The notes under the pieces were generated by a model, which saw only the letters and a program-made list of their open reading frames with translations, was not told the DNA's origin and made no database searches. 58,171 nt of DNA from Catajapyx aquilonaris (Eukaryota), in the NCBI GenBank assembly GCA_000934665.2, contig KZ538119.1, positions 62,001 through 120,171 of the forward strand, read 5' to 3'. Shown one piece after another: positions 38,874 through 52,467 of the stretch (its first letter is position 1; every line of letters begins with the position of its first letter). A program made the position numbers and the translations under genes.

Positions 38874-41800
38874 ATGAGCAGCCCAGGAAAGGATGATCTC
38901 AATAAACAGACAAAGACAGTTGAGATGAAGAAAGAGGAGGATGACGACCCGGAGAATGGAATTCCTGACTGGAAGTTGGCTAGGAAAGGAATTCACTTGT
39001 TGCTCAATAACCAAATAGCAGAAGCTGAGAAGCTGTTTGAATCCAGGAAGGACAACATTCAGATGGCAGCAGGAAACTGCTTTGTCACCTTTATGGTCAG
39101 TGCTTTTTATGTTGATTCAGGGCTTTTCAAGTTCTCATTACTGGATAGTGGTGGAGGTACTGTTCCATTACGAGTAAAATTAAAGTTACATTAATGAACA
39201 GAAAATAAAAATTATCGTGTTAACACTGTCATTTTTTTAAACCACTGTGACAAAATAATGGCACTTACTGTTCATGGTAGTGGATTACCTAAGTCAGCCC
39301 CCTGACACACATACGATACAGTTGTTTAATATAATTTGGGGAATTTGGCCATTTGGGGAATTTGGCGCTGGCACGCCCCCACAGGGATCTACCGCTGCCA
39401 GCCACCTAAATCCTAGTCTGCAAAGGTCCTCTGAGAAAAGGACGGATTGGGATGGTTCGGAAGGCAGCCAACCCAAACTGACCCCCCAGTATATTCCTGT
39501 TGGGGTGCGCCAGTGCCAAATTCCCTGCATAGCGGAGACTTTTATATTAAACTACTGTACTGTCAACACAGGGCTAGACTGGATGTGTCAGGGGGAAGTC
39601 CTAAGTGCAAGAATGGCTGATTGTATAAGCAGTGTAGCAATAAGCTGAAAGTAGTTAATTTTTGTCTGGTAAAATGTTGTTCATTTTAAAAATTGGTTTC
39701 ACTGGGTTAGTAGCATCTAGGCTCTAGGTATAGGGCCAGTTAACTGACACTACTCCCTTCAGTTTTTCAGTATAGGATATCATGCATGTTATGAAAGCAG
39801 TGGTACGTGACGCTTTATTGTTGATTGTTTTCAGAATGCACTGATGACGTTTGAGGACGAGAAGTTACAGAATTCTATCCACACCTTAAAGGCAATGGAA
39901 CGTCGATGTGCTCAAGATGTTGGATGGATTAAGGCCATGAAGAATCGCGTGTTTGGTGAATCAGTAGGTGTTCATTTGTCAGTGAAACATAGCCATAGCA
40001 GATCCTGGGTATAACAGAAATATGCTCTGTGGTGGAAAAGTATTGCATTCCTGGTACCCAGTTAAGTTCGATAGATTTTGTTGGATATACTGGAAACTGT
40101 CCAATGCAAACAACAGATAGCATTTTAGGACCCTGAATATGGAAATACCTGTGTATAGTGAAATTAATTCTTCGTTAAGGCCATTTCACAGATTCCCTGG
40201 ACTGGAATGGGACAGAAAAAATACACATGACTGGCACATAGACCATAAAAATTAACCTCATGAGTGATTTGGTTGCAGGAATCCCAGAAATTTTGTTTGA
40301 AAAGTGTGTGGACTCCATGCTTCATGAAAATAGAATAGAGTACCTTGAAGTTTTTTATCTCATATTAGGATGGTAAGAGCTATTGACTGCTCAGGCACAT
40401 GCTGCCTGAAGAATGGGAACAAGGCTTAACCTGCAAAACGTGGGTTTGATGCCAATTGTTTGTATGGGCCAAGAATGGAATAGGAAATTCATTGCAATTT
40501 GGAGCTTGAATTTCACCAAAGACCAGCTATGTCTTGTTGGTTTCAGCTCAAGTATTTGTAAGTGAATTATGATTACTGCTCTTACCTGTTTCAAGGTAAA
40601 CGAGTAAGGTTGCACCACTTAGACGTAGGTAGGGTATTGAAAGTAGAGGACCTTGGGCTGGGATACGTCCTGTAACTGTAAATGGATTTACTCTTATTAC
40701 AGGCTGACGACATCGGTGCAAAGAAGCTGGAGGAACAGATCATTCTGGCTGACTCGCAGGTTTGCTTGGCCCTGCTTACATTTTTGCAGCAAGACCTTGG
40801 AAGCTATGTGAGGGGAAGCTGGGTGCTGAGGAAAGCTTGGAAGGCCTACCAGCAGACTTACTTGCAGCTGCTCGACATCTATCGAAAGATCATGCCGCCC
40901 ACTCCAGATCTGCCTTGTGCGTATCTACTTCCATTCATTGGCTCTTATTCACTCAGTTGGCCAGTGTTTCAGAAGAGTTTGGCCCATGGCAATAAGGTAA
41001 GAAGTGGGACAATTGAAGGATTAAGGTGCATGAATAATAATTCAGATGGGAAGTTGTATTATAGTTTATTTAACAACCGTGCCACTTCTCCTCCAAGGCC
41101 ACTGTCCTCTCTTCAATACTTGTCAACATGAGTAACTCTGCATGTGATAATAACCGTTATTTTGACTAACCACACTAATATGCGTAAATGGGGTTAAGAC
41201 TTCCCGAGTGAGTCAAGCCTTCCTCGCGACACCAGTTGCCCAGCAGATCTGGACAGCGATTGGTCCGTCCCTGAGTCCCCCTCGCCCAATCCCGGCCAGT
41301 CATCCAGGATTCCTCATTCATTGTCGCTCAATGGGCTCAGAAACGGCTCCTTCCTCCTGAATCCATTCTCTCTCTTCTCGTCATCTTCACCCACTGTCTC
41401 ATCAGCTGCATCCAGGCCCACAACCCCAACATGGCAAGTTATACTAACACAAATAAGTACATTTCTACCTTTCATAACGTAGGACTTACTTATCTAGAAC
41501 ATGACAATGGTGGTAAAATGGGTACTCACTGCAAGTTGCACCCCCTTTGCGCCTACTGCAAATCTTTGTACAAAATTGCAGAGCAAAGTGGCAAGTTACA
41601 ATGCTGATTGCTCGGAGGGTAGCTATCCTCCGAGCAGTGCAACTTGCTATTTGATCAGAGGTCTGGGGATAGGTGCAAAAGACGTGCACAGAAAGCCCGT
41701 TTTATAGCCATGAATTTTACAAATCAGTATTTACACTTGAACTAATTTTGAGACTTCCCTAATTAAGAGTCATCACATTAAAATGCAGGCCAATGTGAAT

Positions 41801-44800
41801 GGAAATCTAAAAAGCATGGCAAAGTGCCAATCAATCAATAACTGGTTCCTAGTGAGCATGATTGAGTCACATTGTAACTGTGTACAAAAGTGCGATTTTC
41901 TTGCAAAGAAGTTGTGAAACGTACAAGTAGTTGCCCTACTCGTATGTGATTCTAAACTGCAACTTACTGAGCCTGTCTGATTGGCCTTTTGTTTTTACAC
42001 TTTATGGATCCTGAGCTTACTCCTACATCATGTGCATGCATGTCATAGAACTCATTTGTCAGAATAAGACTAACAAATGTTATGCTGTTGCAATTTCATG
42101 TATGTAGGAACTGTGTTATATGAGGGAGAATTCCATTCATGCCACCGATCAGATGTTGAAAATTGTCGTTTGTTTTTTCTCAGTTCCATTAGCCCCGAGA
42201 CTGCTTCCAGGTTGATGTCAGCAGTCAGTTTTGGATATGGTGTGTTCCAGCTGTGTGTCTCATTACTTCCGCCATCACTGCTCAGGCTGATACATTTGCT
42301 GGGATTTGAAGGGGATAGGCAGACTGGCATTACTGCCTTGCTCTTTGCCAGGCGAGGACAAGACATGAGGGCACCCCTTGCTACGTAAGCATAAGATACT
42401 ATCATCAAACTACCAGACTATGTCAGCCCTGGCATGGGAAAGGTACATCAGGGTCAGGGAAATTGTGTTCAGTAGTGTACAGAAGGGAGGGATGGAAGGT
42501 ATGCTAAAAAGTTGAATGTTTAGAAAGAGTAAGAAACTATTGGAGGAATTCTTACTGCAAAAGAAACGTGACAGTAGGTAAGAGGAGTCCTCTCCATTCA
42601 GCTAATATCTTTCAAGGCAAGAAATACTGGCCAGTGGGTATAATCATTTTGTGGAATTTTTAATTAGCCTTCTTCATTTCTGTCCATCACCATTAGGCTT
42701 GCCCTCCTCTGGTACCACACAATAGTCCGTCCTTTCTTTGCTTTGGATGGCTCCAACATCCAAGCTGGAGTAGAAGCAGCCCGGCAGTTGATCTTGGAGT
42801 CTGAAGAAGAGTTTGGTTCCTCTGCTCTCTTCCTCTTTTTCCGGGGCCGAGTTGAGAGACTGCAGTGCAATATTGGAGCTGCACTTGCTGCTTATAGAGC
42901 TGCTGTCAAGGCCTCTCCGCAGCATGAGGTCCAGCTGCTATGCCTACATGAAATAGGGTGGTGCCACCTGCTGCAACTCTCATGGACTCCTGCTCATGCT
43001 GCCTTTTTGGCCTTACGTTTGCACTCCAGGTTAATGCTACTGTGTTCTCAATTTTCTTGAACATACAGGGTGGTCCAACTTTTTTGTCCGAACAGCTATC
43101 ACACAGCTATTGACAAATTCGGCCTAAGCTGCTTATGTTGTAGTGCGTTACCTGGCAACCCCGGCCGGCGGGCCAATTCAAACATCAGCACATGGAGAGT
43201 GCTTAGTCGCACCTCTCAGAGTTGGAGTATGTGCAGGTTCTCATGGTGCTCCTCTGCCACTGGGGCCAGGTTAATTGTGTATTATTAGAGCCCTGGAAGC
43301 TCTTGGCCGGATATGGATATGGAATCGACAATGGAAAGAACACCACTCGTCTCCATGGGCTGATGTTTGAATTGGCCCGCCGGCCGGGGTTGCCAGGTAA
43401 CTCACTACAACATAAGCAGCTTAGGCCGAATTTGTCAATAGCTGTTCGGACAAAAAAGTTGCACCACCCTGTATATCATGTCACTCACTTGTCAGTTGAC
43501 AGAAAGTTGAATGAAAAACTGTGTTTGATGGATATCTGCAATTTTTTCAATGCGCGGCTAAATTCATTAGTTGTTTAATGTGACATTGAAATACAAGCAT
43601 TACTTAGTTCATGGATCACAGCTAGTTGAAGGTTGCAGTGCATACCTAAAATTTATAAATACTTTCTGTACCAAAATTCATTATGGGACAGTAGAAAAAT
43701 TATGACAAGTGATACTTGGTCATGACTTTTTAATATCACAAAGCAAACTAGAGTTCAAACTTTGTGGTGCATCGAACACACACAAAAGGGAAATATTTTA
43801 AATTGTAAATGATAATACATTTGTATGTATTAAATTCATTCTCCTCTACTTCCCTGTCTGAATTGCTGTGGCCATTTGAAGCCACATTGGCATTTTACAC
43901 TGGGAATGTAAAATCGGTGCACAACTTTTGATCTAGTGGTTAGGTAGTTATTTAGTGTGCACATGTCAGACAGGTGCAGGAACTTATCAGATTCTTGAGC
44001 AAGGAATGTGCTTTGTCTTACATTGCTCTATGAGCAGCTAAATGAACCAATGAATTTATCACATCATGTAAGCCACAATAATCTGCCTTAGGCACTTGCT
44101 GAATTCCCCATGCAAATCTGTCCTTATCCTTACACTCAGGTGGTCAAAGTCATTCTACGCTTATATGGCTGCTGTGTGTACTGGAGCAGCTGGCAACGCA
44201 GGGGATGCTGAACGACTAGCATCAGACGTTCCCAAGCTCGCCCGATGTCCTTCTCGAGGGAACCAGTTAGAGGCATTCATATTGCGACGAGCCAAGAAGA
44301 TGGAGAGCGAAAAGCTGATGGATGCCCAGAGTTGCCAGCTGTTGGGCTTTGAGCTCTTGTTCCTTTGGCATGCAGTCCCATCTTGCGATGCTGCAGTGCT
44401 CCAAGATGTTCAAGCATGCTGCCAGCAGATGCCTCAAGAGGGGCCCTTGGAGCCATTGCGCCAACTTGTCATGGGTGCTGTTGCAGGAAGTTTAGGTGAT
44501 GGTGAGGCTGCTGTTGGGTGTTTCCGAAGGTGTGTGAGCCTGGCTCCACAACTTGAAGCTCCGGCGGCTGCACAAGGGCCACCACAGGCACCACAAGAGG
44601 CACCAGATGACACACATGTCACAGCATTTGCACTGTATGAGCTTGGTGTATTGCTGTGCAAGGATCCTCAGGTATAAATGACAAAATTTAAATATGGATT
44701 ATGCATAGTTACAGGGCAAAGCAGTGATTGGGTTTTAAAACGACAAAAGCAGTCATTAAGCTTTGTATTTGTGGAACTTGGTTGGTAGGCTGCATTAACT

Positions 44801-44996
44801 ATCTAAATAGTCCTTTCAAATTACTTTGGATAGCATTTTGTTCCATATCTTGGTAATACATCTTAAACCATTCATTTTTCAGACCCGAGATGAAGGCCGT
44901 TCATTACTCCAAGAAGTGAGAGACAAATACAAGAACTATGACTTCGAGAACAGGCTGAGTGTGAGGATCCATGCAGCCCTACGCAATGCAGGGTAG
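38874..44996 (+). CDS. TTC39C: Tetratricopeptide repeat protein 39C, 8 coding exons, ~659 aa
   Basis: Exons 38874-39095, 39835-39963, 40703-40916, 41199-41433 (GC donor), 42184-42384, 42697-43029, 44140-44671, 44883-44996; in phase (1980 nt). Motifs: GIHLLLNN, FMNALMTFE, SFGYGVFQLCVSLLPP, LALLWYHTIVRPFFALDG, YDFENRLSVRIHAAL. Confidence 0.92.
39356..39525. mobile_element. Small inverted-repeat element (MITE-like)
   Basis: ~37 bp imperfect arms GGGAATTTGGCGCTGGCACGCCCC / GGGGTGCGCCAGTGCCAAATTCCC. No clear TSD. Confidence 0.55.
43066..43471. mobile_element. Tc1/mariner-type MITE, 406 bp, ~120 bp TIRs
   Basis: TA|CAGGGTGGTCCAACTTTTTTGTCCGAACAGCTA...TAGCTGTTCGGACAAAAAAGTTGCACCACCCTG|TA with near-identical arms. 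Confidence 0.9.
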
Positions 44997-47179
44997 ATGC
45001 TAAAAATGCAGTGCAAAATTTAAGTAGGTCAGATTAATATTATGAAGGGAAACAAAAATAACTACTTCATCCCAATCATATACTCACACACTTTTAACTT
45101 CATACTCACCATAAAACCACAGTTGTTAGGGGTTAGGCTTCCACGATTTTTTCCAGGTGACAATAACGATTGCAGAGCTTTACGAAAGGTGGTACAGTAA
45201 CAGGACTGCATTAGTTACCTCCTTCACGAAGCCCTTCAATTGGCTAAGGTATTACATTTGCAATTATTGTGAGTGCAGTGATATTAATTTCCCCCCTCCC
45301 ACTTTCCCTTTTTGCCTGTGATAGGGGAGCTTAGTTGTAGATATTCTCACCCTGTGCTTTGCAGGGAATAAAGAGGAGGAAGGTCTCTATTTTTTTAACA
45401 TCTCCACTACATAGCTAGTCCTCACATTGTCAACGATTCCATCCCTTTGGTTAATCTCGCTATTCCTGCTGCCAAGCTTCTGCATTACCCCTCACATGCA
45501 GCAATGTTAATTTGGTCAAGATATATTTAAAACAATCCCAGGAAATAAATCCTGTGTATGTTCACTTCTAATAATGACACTTGTATACTGGAATCTCCTT
45601 ATAATTAACTCGGATGAATGCCAAGTCCCCAGTGCAAAGAGGGGGCTGTGGAAGTAATTATGGATTGCTTATCCCAGCAACCACTTTCAAGAAGCAACCA
45701 ATTTGAAACAATCAGGGCCAGATTCACATGTTAAGCTTATTGTTTCTGTTCATGTTAATTACTGGAATTATTCAATTATTTCTTCACCTACCCACCTCAA
45801 CTGGGGGCTTGAAATTGACCCACCCTATATAGAAACAAAGGTTTAGTCTCATCTCCATTAAGAACCGATTGAGAGGCATAATCTTAGTATCGTATATACA
45901 TCTAGTCCCTGACTTACATAAGTGGATTGTTCTGCAACATTTTATGTAAATTGAATTTTATGTAACTTGGAACTTTTAAAACATTATTTAGTTTACTGTG
46001 CTGTACTTTACAAATCAATCCTGGAGTCACTGTCATATTCAATTGAGGCCCTTGCAGGCAGAAAGAGATTGCCTGCGAGACCCTTAAGTGGGTCGGAAAT
46101 GTCTGTTATGTCTAAACTGGGTAGTTGCCATGGTGTGGAATTTAATTAATTTTTTTGCATTTGCTGGAATTTTGCATTACTACTTTGTTCTGGAGATTGT
46201 TTTGCACATGTCAAAATTTTTAAATACATAAGGTGGAATCTACAGGACCTACTGTATGTCAGAGCTATGTAAGTCAGGAACTGGTTGTATTCAAATCACC
46301 ACCTCAGAATGCTTTCTGAATTGGAGAAACTCAGTGGGACACCCGTGCATGACATTCTCTAGGATTTCACAACACACTTTTCAACAAACCTCCAAATGTT
46401 ACAACTGTGATTGCAACAATTACATAATTGTTATTAAACAACATTGAGATCTCAATTATCTTCAAAGCCACTTGGCATTTAGCTCGTTTCTGGCCCAGGA
46501 ATGCATTCAACAATGGCATGCATTTTTGTTGGGCAGTTCATTGGATTGTATTGTGGAAGGTATCAGATTGGGTCATCCATAAGATAAGGAAAAGTGGGCT
46601 TGGGGAGGGAGGGACATAAAATGTATCACTTCTCCTACCATTTGTGTAGTACAGCCAAATCCCTTGTTACCAGTAATGGGGTTAGTTACCAGTCTAAGAA
46701 ATGCCTCGAGTAACTTCAGGATTGAGGATGTAAAACTGTAAGTTTTGTGTGATGAGGGTGATGGTGATTTTGGACACCCATCACTTGTTAGTAATGTACC
46801 CTCAAATGACTAAATTAATGACAGTTCACTTTAAATGGGCCTCGACTGCTCCTCCAGAAAAAGTCAACTGGCTATTTGCTAACCTGAGCAAAGAACTAAT
46901 GTTAGCACTGTATGCCTTCTTGATCCTCTGGACCAGAGTAAGTTGTTAGACACTGAAAACGACTGATTTCTATTACCCCCACCCTGATGTCTGGGGAGGC
47001 ACAAGAACCAGTGGGAGTCAGTGTTACATATGGAGGAGCTCCAGGTGATCATTATTTGCTATAGCAAGATTTTAATTGTGCAAGGTCTAGTATTTTCAAT
47101 TACTTGTTTAATTTTCAAGATGTCTTTAACTTGGGAGATATGTCTGGAAATGAAGTCCCCTTTTATTACTCTCAGTTAT

Positions 47180-47523
47180 TGGGTTAGTGCACCGCCTATT
47201 TTTAATGGGCATCTGGCACGGTAACTTTATTGCTTTTTAAGGTGTACAAGCTTTTTGTTGGTCCTTTTCCGTAACGCCCAGGTACCACGAGCAAGGGAAG
47301 GGTGACTGGGAGGGGATGTGCAAAAGGCAAGTGCAATGTCTCAAACGGTACATTTTGTGAACTCCCCTGGGTGGATTAATTTGTCAGAGATTCCACCCAA
47401 GGCGAAGCCAGAGACTACCTAACTCTGCACGAGATGAAGGGGGGAAAGCCCGGGCTTGGGATCGAACCCTGGACCCTTACATCTGTGGGCGCGTATGTTA
47501 CCGCAGCGCCACTCTGCCTCCCC
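47180..47523 (-). mobile_element. tRNA-derived SINE, family A copy 2
   Basis: Collinear with 25640-25874. A box TGGCGCTGCGG, B box GGTTCGATCC. 15 bp TSD ATT(A/C)CTCTCAGTTAT at 47165-47179 and 47524-47538. Confidence 0.88.
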
Positions 47524-47593
47524 ATTCCTCTCAGTTATGGTCATGCCAAGCTATTGCTCTGTTCATATCACAGAAGGTTTGAAAACCTATGTA

Positions 47594-48507
47594 CGAGGTG
47601 CTACCCAAAAGTTCGCGGACTGATTTTTTCCCGAAAAATTACATTACCGCACACCTTATTTTCGTGTAACACCTTCGAAGTACTCCCCATACTGATCCCA
47701 GTGCTCTTCCCACTATTGGATGCTTTGTGGAAGTCATTTTTTGTTAGGGCTTTCAGCACAGCCTGCGATTCTTCATGGATCTGGTTTACGGAGTCAAATC
47801 TTCTTCCTTTCAGCTTAATTTTCATTTTCGGGAAGAGGAAGAAGTTGCAAGGAGCTAAAGCTGGTGAAAAAGGCGGCTGAGGGACAATCGTCATATTGTG
47901 AGACACCAAAAACTGCTGGACGGCACACACGTCGTGAGCTGGTGCATTGTCACGATGTTGTTCTCACGTCACTTCGCAAGGGGTTTCATTCGAGTGACCT
48001 CCCTCAGCCACCTTTTTACCAGATTTAGCTCCATGCGACTTTTCTCTTCCCGAAAATGAAAATTAAGCTGAAAGGAAGAAGATTTTAGAATAATTTCATA
48101 CACTTTCTATGGGTTGTGCACATCAGAGGAAGTCCAGAAGGAGCGTCATCTTCCATGGTCAAATGTGGTCATCTTTGAACCTATTATACCATTTGTATGT
48201 CCCTAAAGCATTGTCACCGAATGCATCTTGTAGCATCCTGTGAGTTTGCAGCACTTTTGCCAAGTTTGAAACAAAATTTACCCCGTTTTTCAGGTCATCC
48301 ATTTTCACCCCCGGATAGAATCGCAGAACGCACCAAACACGACACTACAAAAACCCCCACAGAAACTGACCCATTCAACCTCCGACGCTGCCACTTGGCA
48401 GAATAGTTCAAAAAGGTCACCTGCAGCACTGCCTAGAGTGGTAGCGACAAACTATAAGTGGTTCAAATGTATTGGCCCCAGTTTGCGAAATTTTGGGTAG
48501 TACCTCA
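47594..48507 (-). mobile_element. Internally rearranged mariner element, 914 bp
   Basis: TA|CGAGGTGCTACCCAAAAGTTCGC...GCGAAATTTTGGGTAGTACCTCA|TA. Remnants KFCFKLGKSAA...RMLQDAFGDNAL and PQPPFSPALAPCNFFLFPKMKIKLKGRRFDS. Confidence 0.9.
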
Positions 48508-49085
48508 TATGTGTACATATTTAAAAAACAGTCTGCTTCTTGAGGGCAATGTTCACCCAATGCGAACACACAAAATGAGATTAATACAACAACAACAACA
48601 ACAACACGACATTTCCCTATGAGGGGTAGTCAGCGATGAAGGGAGACGCAAGCTAACCCAACATATGAACTAATAAAACTCATGAGAATAAACCTAAAAA
48701 CAACCCGTCCCACCCCCCACCCCTGCCCACCTCAGACATCACCATATCCTCAGACATATTTACCCATTAATACACTCTCTCGTAAAATGCATTTCATTTA
48801 TAGTGACAGGAAGCAAAGATGGTGGCACCACTTTATTGTTCGTAAATAGGTCACAAACGTGTTTTGTTATTTACATTGTTACAATTATGTATAAGTTGTT
48901 AATCCCATGATGAATTGGAATCATTATGCTCAAGGAGTACTGTACTTGCACATAATACACCACCACATTCATTAACATGGTGCTACACTGTGGAATTTGT
49001 TGTTCTTGTTTGTTAAATAACTTCGTGAATAAAATAAGACATCAAAAGCACAATCTAAAAATGACATAATATAATTCACACATAA

Positions 49086-49419
49086 GGCCGCGTTTACATA
49101 TGACCAATTTGATCAGCTATGAGCATCGCTGAGCGATGAAACTAATTGTTAAGGTCGAAAGTAGCAGTCATGTTTTGGAAGGGAGATCATCGCCCTGACA
49201 AAATCACTGAGGTCTATTTGAAATTAACCTGAGCAATGTCACATCGCTGCATGCATGAAGTCATTGACAAATCGACCAATGAGACAGCAGCACACCGTAC
49301 CATATTCAGGTGGCAGTACTGTGGCAGCACAGCGATGTGTAGTGACGTCAGTACCGCTACAGCTTGCACCGCTCAATGATGCTTATCGCTGAGCAAATTG
49401 CTTATATGTAAATGCAGCC
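49086..49419. mobile_element. PIF/Harbinger-type MITE, 334 bp
   Basis: TAA|GGCCGCGTTTACATATGA...TATATGTAAATGCAGCC|TAA with ~50 bp imperfect TIRs. Confidence 0.82.
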
Positions 49420-51490
49420 TAAACCTAGCAAGACCTAATTATCGTGTTTTACATCATTGGCATATTTGTTCATGCTCCTATTAGCTCTTCAGTGTTATTT
49501 TTAGAATTAGTCAGTATGATTAACAGTTCTGATGGTTCTCAAACACATAATAGTTGTGCATGTATGGACACAGGTATTTCACCCATTGGTAACTAACATG
49601 GTAATGTATGTAAAATGTCAGAAGTAAATAATAAGTTACCCAGTGGGTAAGTTACCTCAGATGTGCAGATTATGGCTCCATATGAGGGTTGCATGATGGT
49701 CTTACGGAAATGAATTGATAAAGCAATCCTGTGGAGACCTAGGGAAAATCTCGATGTATAGGTATTCACAATGCATAATCTAACAAAATTAGAGATTATC
49801 TCCTTAATTTGTGTTCATACAACTGGTCCTAAAATTCAATACAAAATCTACACTTGCTGATTGCTGGTTTGGTAAATCAGATGTTATACCAGTGAAAAAC
49901 TGGGACATACACTGCATCATGTAAAGTAGTTTTGCCATTTTAAATCACTTTCAAGATGTGAATAACGTATACATGAAGAGCTAAAAGTTAGCATACCAGA
50001 TTTCAGTTGGCTTTATTTCAGCAGAGTGCTTGCAACAGTGCTACCTACACATGTGCCCCTTCACCGCAGTGATTCCAGCACACACTGTTAAACCAATTAA
50101 AGAATATAATATTAATTAAACAATGTACGAGTATGTTGTATTTTTGAGCTGTACAATTTCCCTCACACATTCTCAGCAGGTACAAGACAGGAACTTGTCC
50201 ATATGATACAAGTATGGGATTCACTTGGCTGTGTTTATGTAACAAGTGCTTGTGTAGCAAATACCTGGTCTAATATGGATGGCAACTTCAGAGTGAATTC
50301 ATCAACACTATGATTTACTGCGGCTCTTTGATCCATCTGTGATATTACTAATGTACGTGGTATGCATGTCATGTGAAGTCAGGTTCACAATAGTAATGAC
50401 TCAGGAAGTCACTAAATGTTAATATTAATAACTCAATACAGCAGCAGTCTTCAGCTGTTGGTCAGCAGACCCATATGGCTCTATAGGATACTACAATGGG
50501 GTTGCAGATAGAAAGAAATTTCCAATTAGAAAATCAGCTGTGACGCACAAAAACTTTCTGAAGCAAAATAAGAGTTCAAATGTGCGTATTGTTAGATTTC
50601 CTCCTAGACACAGTCGCAATGAATTTTTTTATATGCAATAATGACATGTAACAAACTCATCAATATCCAGAGTAACAGGGTTAGGGATGCCGACACTTAA
50701 TTGGACGGATGGTTTCAGTTGCAAAATGGCCTTGAAAATTGTACGATGAAGAGCATGGATAGGTGCATTATTGTGGAAATCTTTGGCAGTCTATCAATTG
50801 CAATGCGGAATAAGCAAATGAAGCAGGATCCTATATTATAGTTTGCATAGTTATCATAATGTGGACCAGTTTCATTAATTTTGTGAAGTTACCCTGTTGT
50901 CACATTCACCTATACTTTGCTCAAAAAAAATGCATAGCCTCCAAAACTCAAGGGTGTTCCCAGGCCCAAGTTGATGACCCACAGGAAGGGCAGGGGAAGT
51001 TGTTGGATTTGTAACCCCTGGGTTGCATTAAAACAGTCTCAGTGAAGACTCTGCACTTGGGTTCTCGAATACTCTTGGTTCAGGTCTACATTTATCTTTC
51101 TACATGCCTGACCTTGTTTACATAGACTCTTCCCACCCTTTTTGAATCATCAACTTTGGGAGAAGAACACCCTGTTTATTGCACAGGAATTAATGTTGGT
51201 GCAATCACATGACTTCACAATGAGCACCTTCAACAGAGAGTAAAAAAGACCATATTTTTCTTGGTCCATGCTTATTAACAGGATTCATGCTCAATTGAGT
51301 TTTGCCATTCGAAAAGGCAGGTACGACGAAGCTATTTCTGACTACGATTACAAGTAGCTATAGCAGATAACTTCTTTTGTGCATTATTTTTGTAACATTA
51401 AAAATATATCTGTGGCCTGATAGTACTGGTTACATCCACCATGAAATCCACTTCTGAGATTTTGTGCACATACAGATTTTTTTTTTTGAA

Positions 51491-51539
51491 GGGGGGGNNN
51501 NNNNNNNNNNNNNNNNNNGGGGGGGGGTGGGGGGGGGGG
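51491..51539. other. Poly-G tract with an N gap (assembly uncertainty)
   Basis: Run of N flanked by G runs. A similar poly-C tract with one N lies at ~12493-12514. Confidence 0.9.
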
Positions 51540-52467
51540 TGTAACACTTCCATGGGATATTTCCTGACACGGGCACAATGTTATGACATCCAAGAAAAAT
51601 TTGTTAGTACCTCTCCTGAAAATTGTGTTGAGATGCAACAATGACCATTGGTCTGCCATAATGCAGATAAGCATTGCTACCTTTGCAATGTGCGAAGTAG
51701 GTATCATACCATCACTGCGTGAGGCACTCTCCTGAATCCTCAAGTACAGGCAATCATAAGAAGGATATCATAGTACACACTCATCCTAGTTCTCACAATG
51801 TAGGTCAACGGTTAGGCTAAGTCAGTTTTGCATGAATTTTTCATGGTGGTTAGGTTATGCAAGTTATGTTAGTCTAAATTTGTGTAAATTTGCCTCACAA
51901 GGATAGCATTGCCAGCTTGTACGTGTGTTACACATGATGCAATAAATTCATGCACTGCCCAAGTTCCCAATTCAAAAATGATATGGCTAAAGAAGCTAAT
52001 AATTGTTCATTCCAGCAACACTTTGAAGATACTCAACAATCATTGCAAGTGAATATTATCTGATTGTCACTTCCAATAAGTGGCACATATTTGAATTGTT
52101 GCTATGACAAACACTGCTTAAATTTTACCCATGCTTCTTCCTGCATGAACTGGGGATTTGGACAATGCACTACAATGATGTAATTAATAACAATTAATCA
52201 AGGAAACATGTAAATGAATATTTACCAATGACTCAGGCACTCTCATTGCTTTGTACATTAAATATCTGGACGGAATTATTACACCAGATTCATCCCGAGG
52301 AGCTCAGCATTTATGAGATGTCTCATAAAAGATCAGCCCTGATTCGCCACTACATTATTCTGCACAGCAAAAATTAATTCCCTGTCAAGGCCACTAACTT
52401 TGCTACTTCTCTGCTCACCTTGTATTCATAGTCCAACACATGGAAGCCAGCAAGTGTTGGCAAGTAG

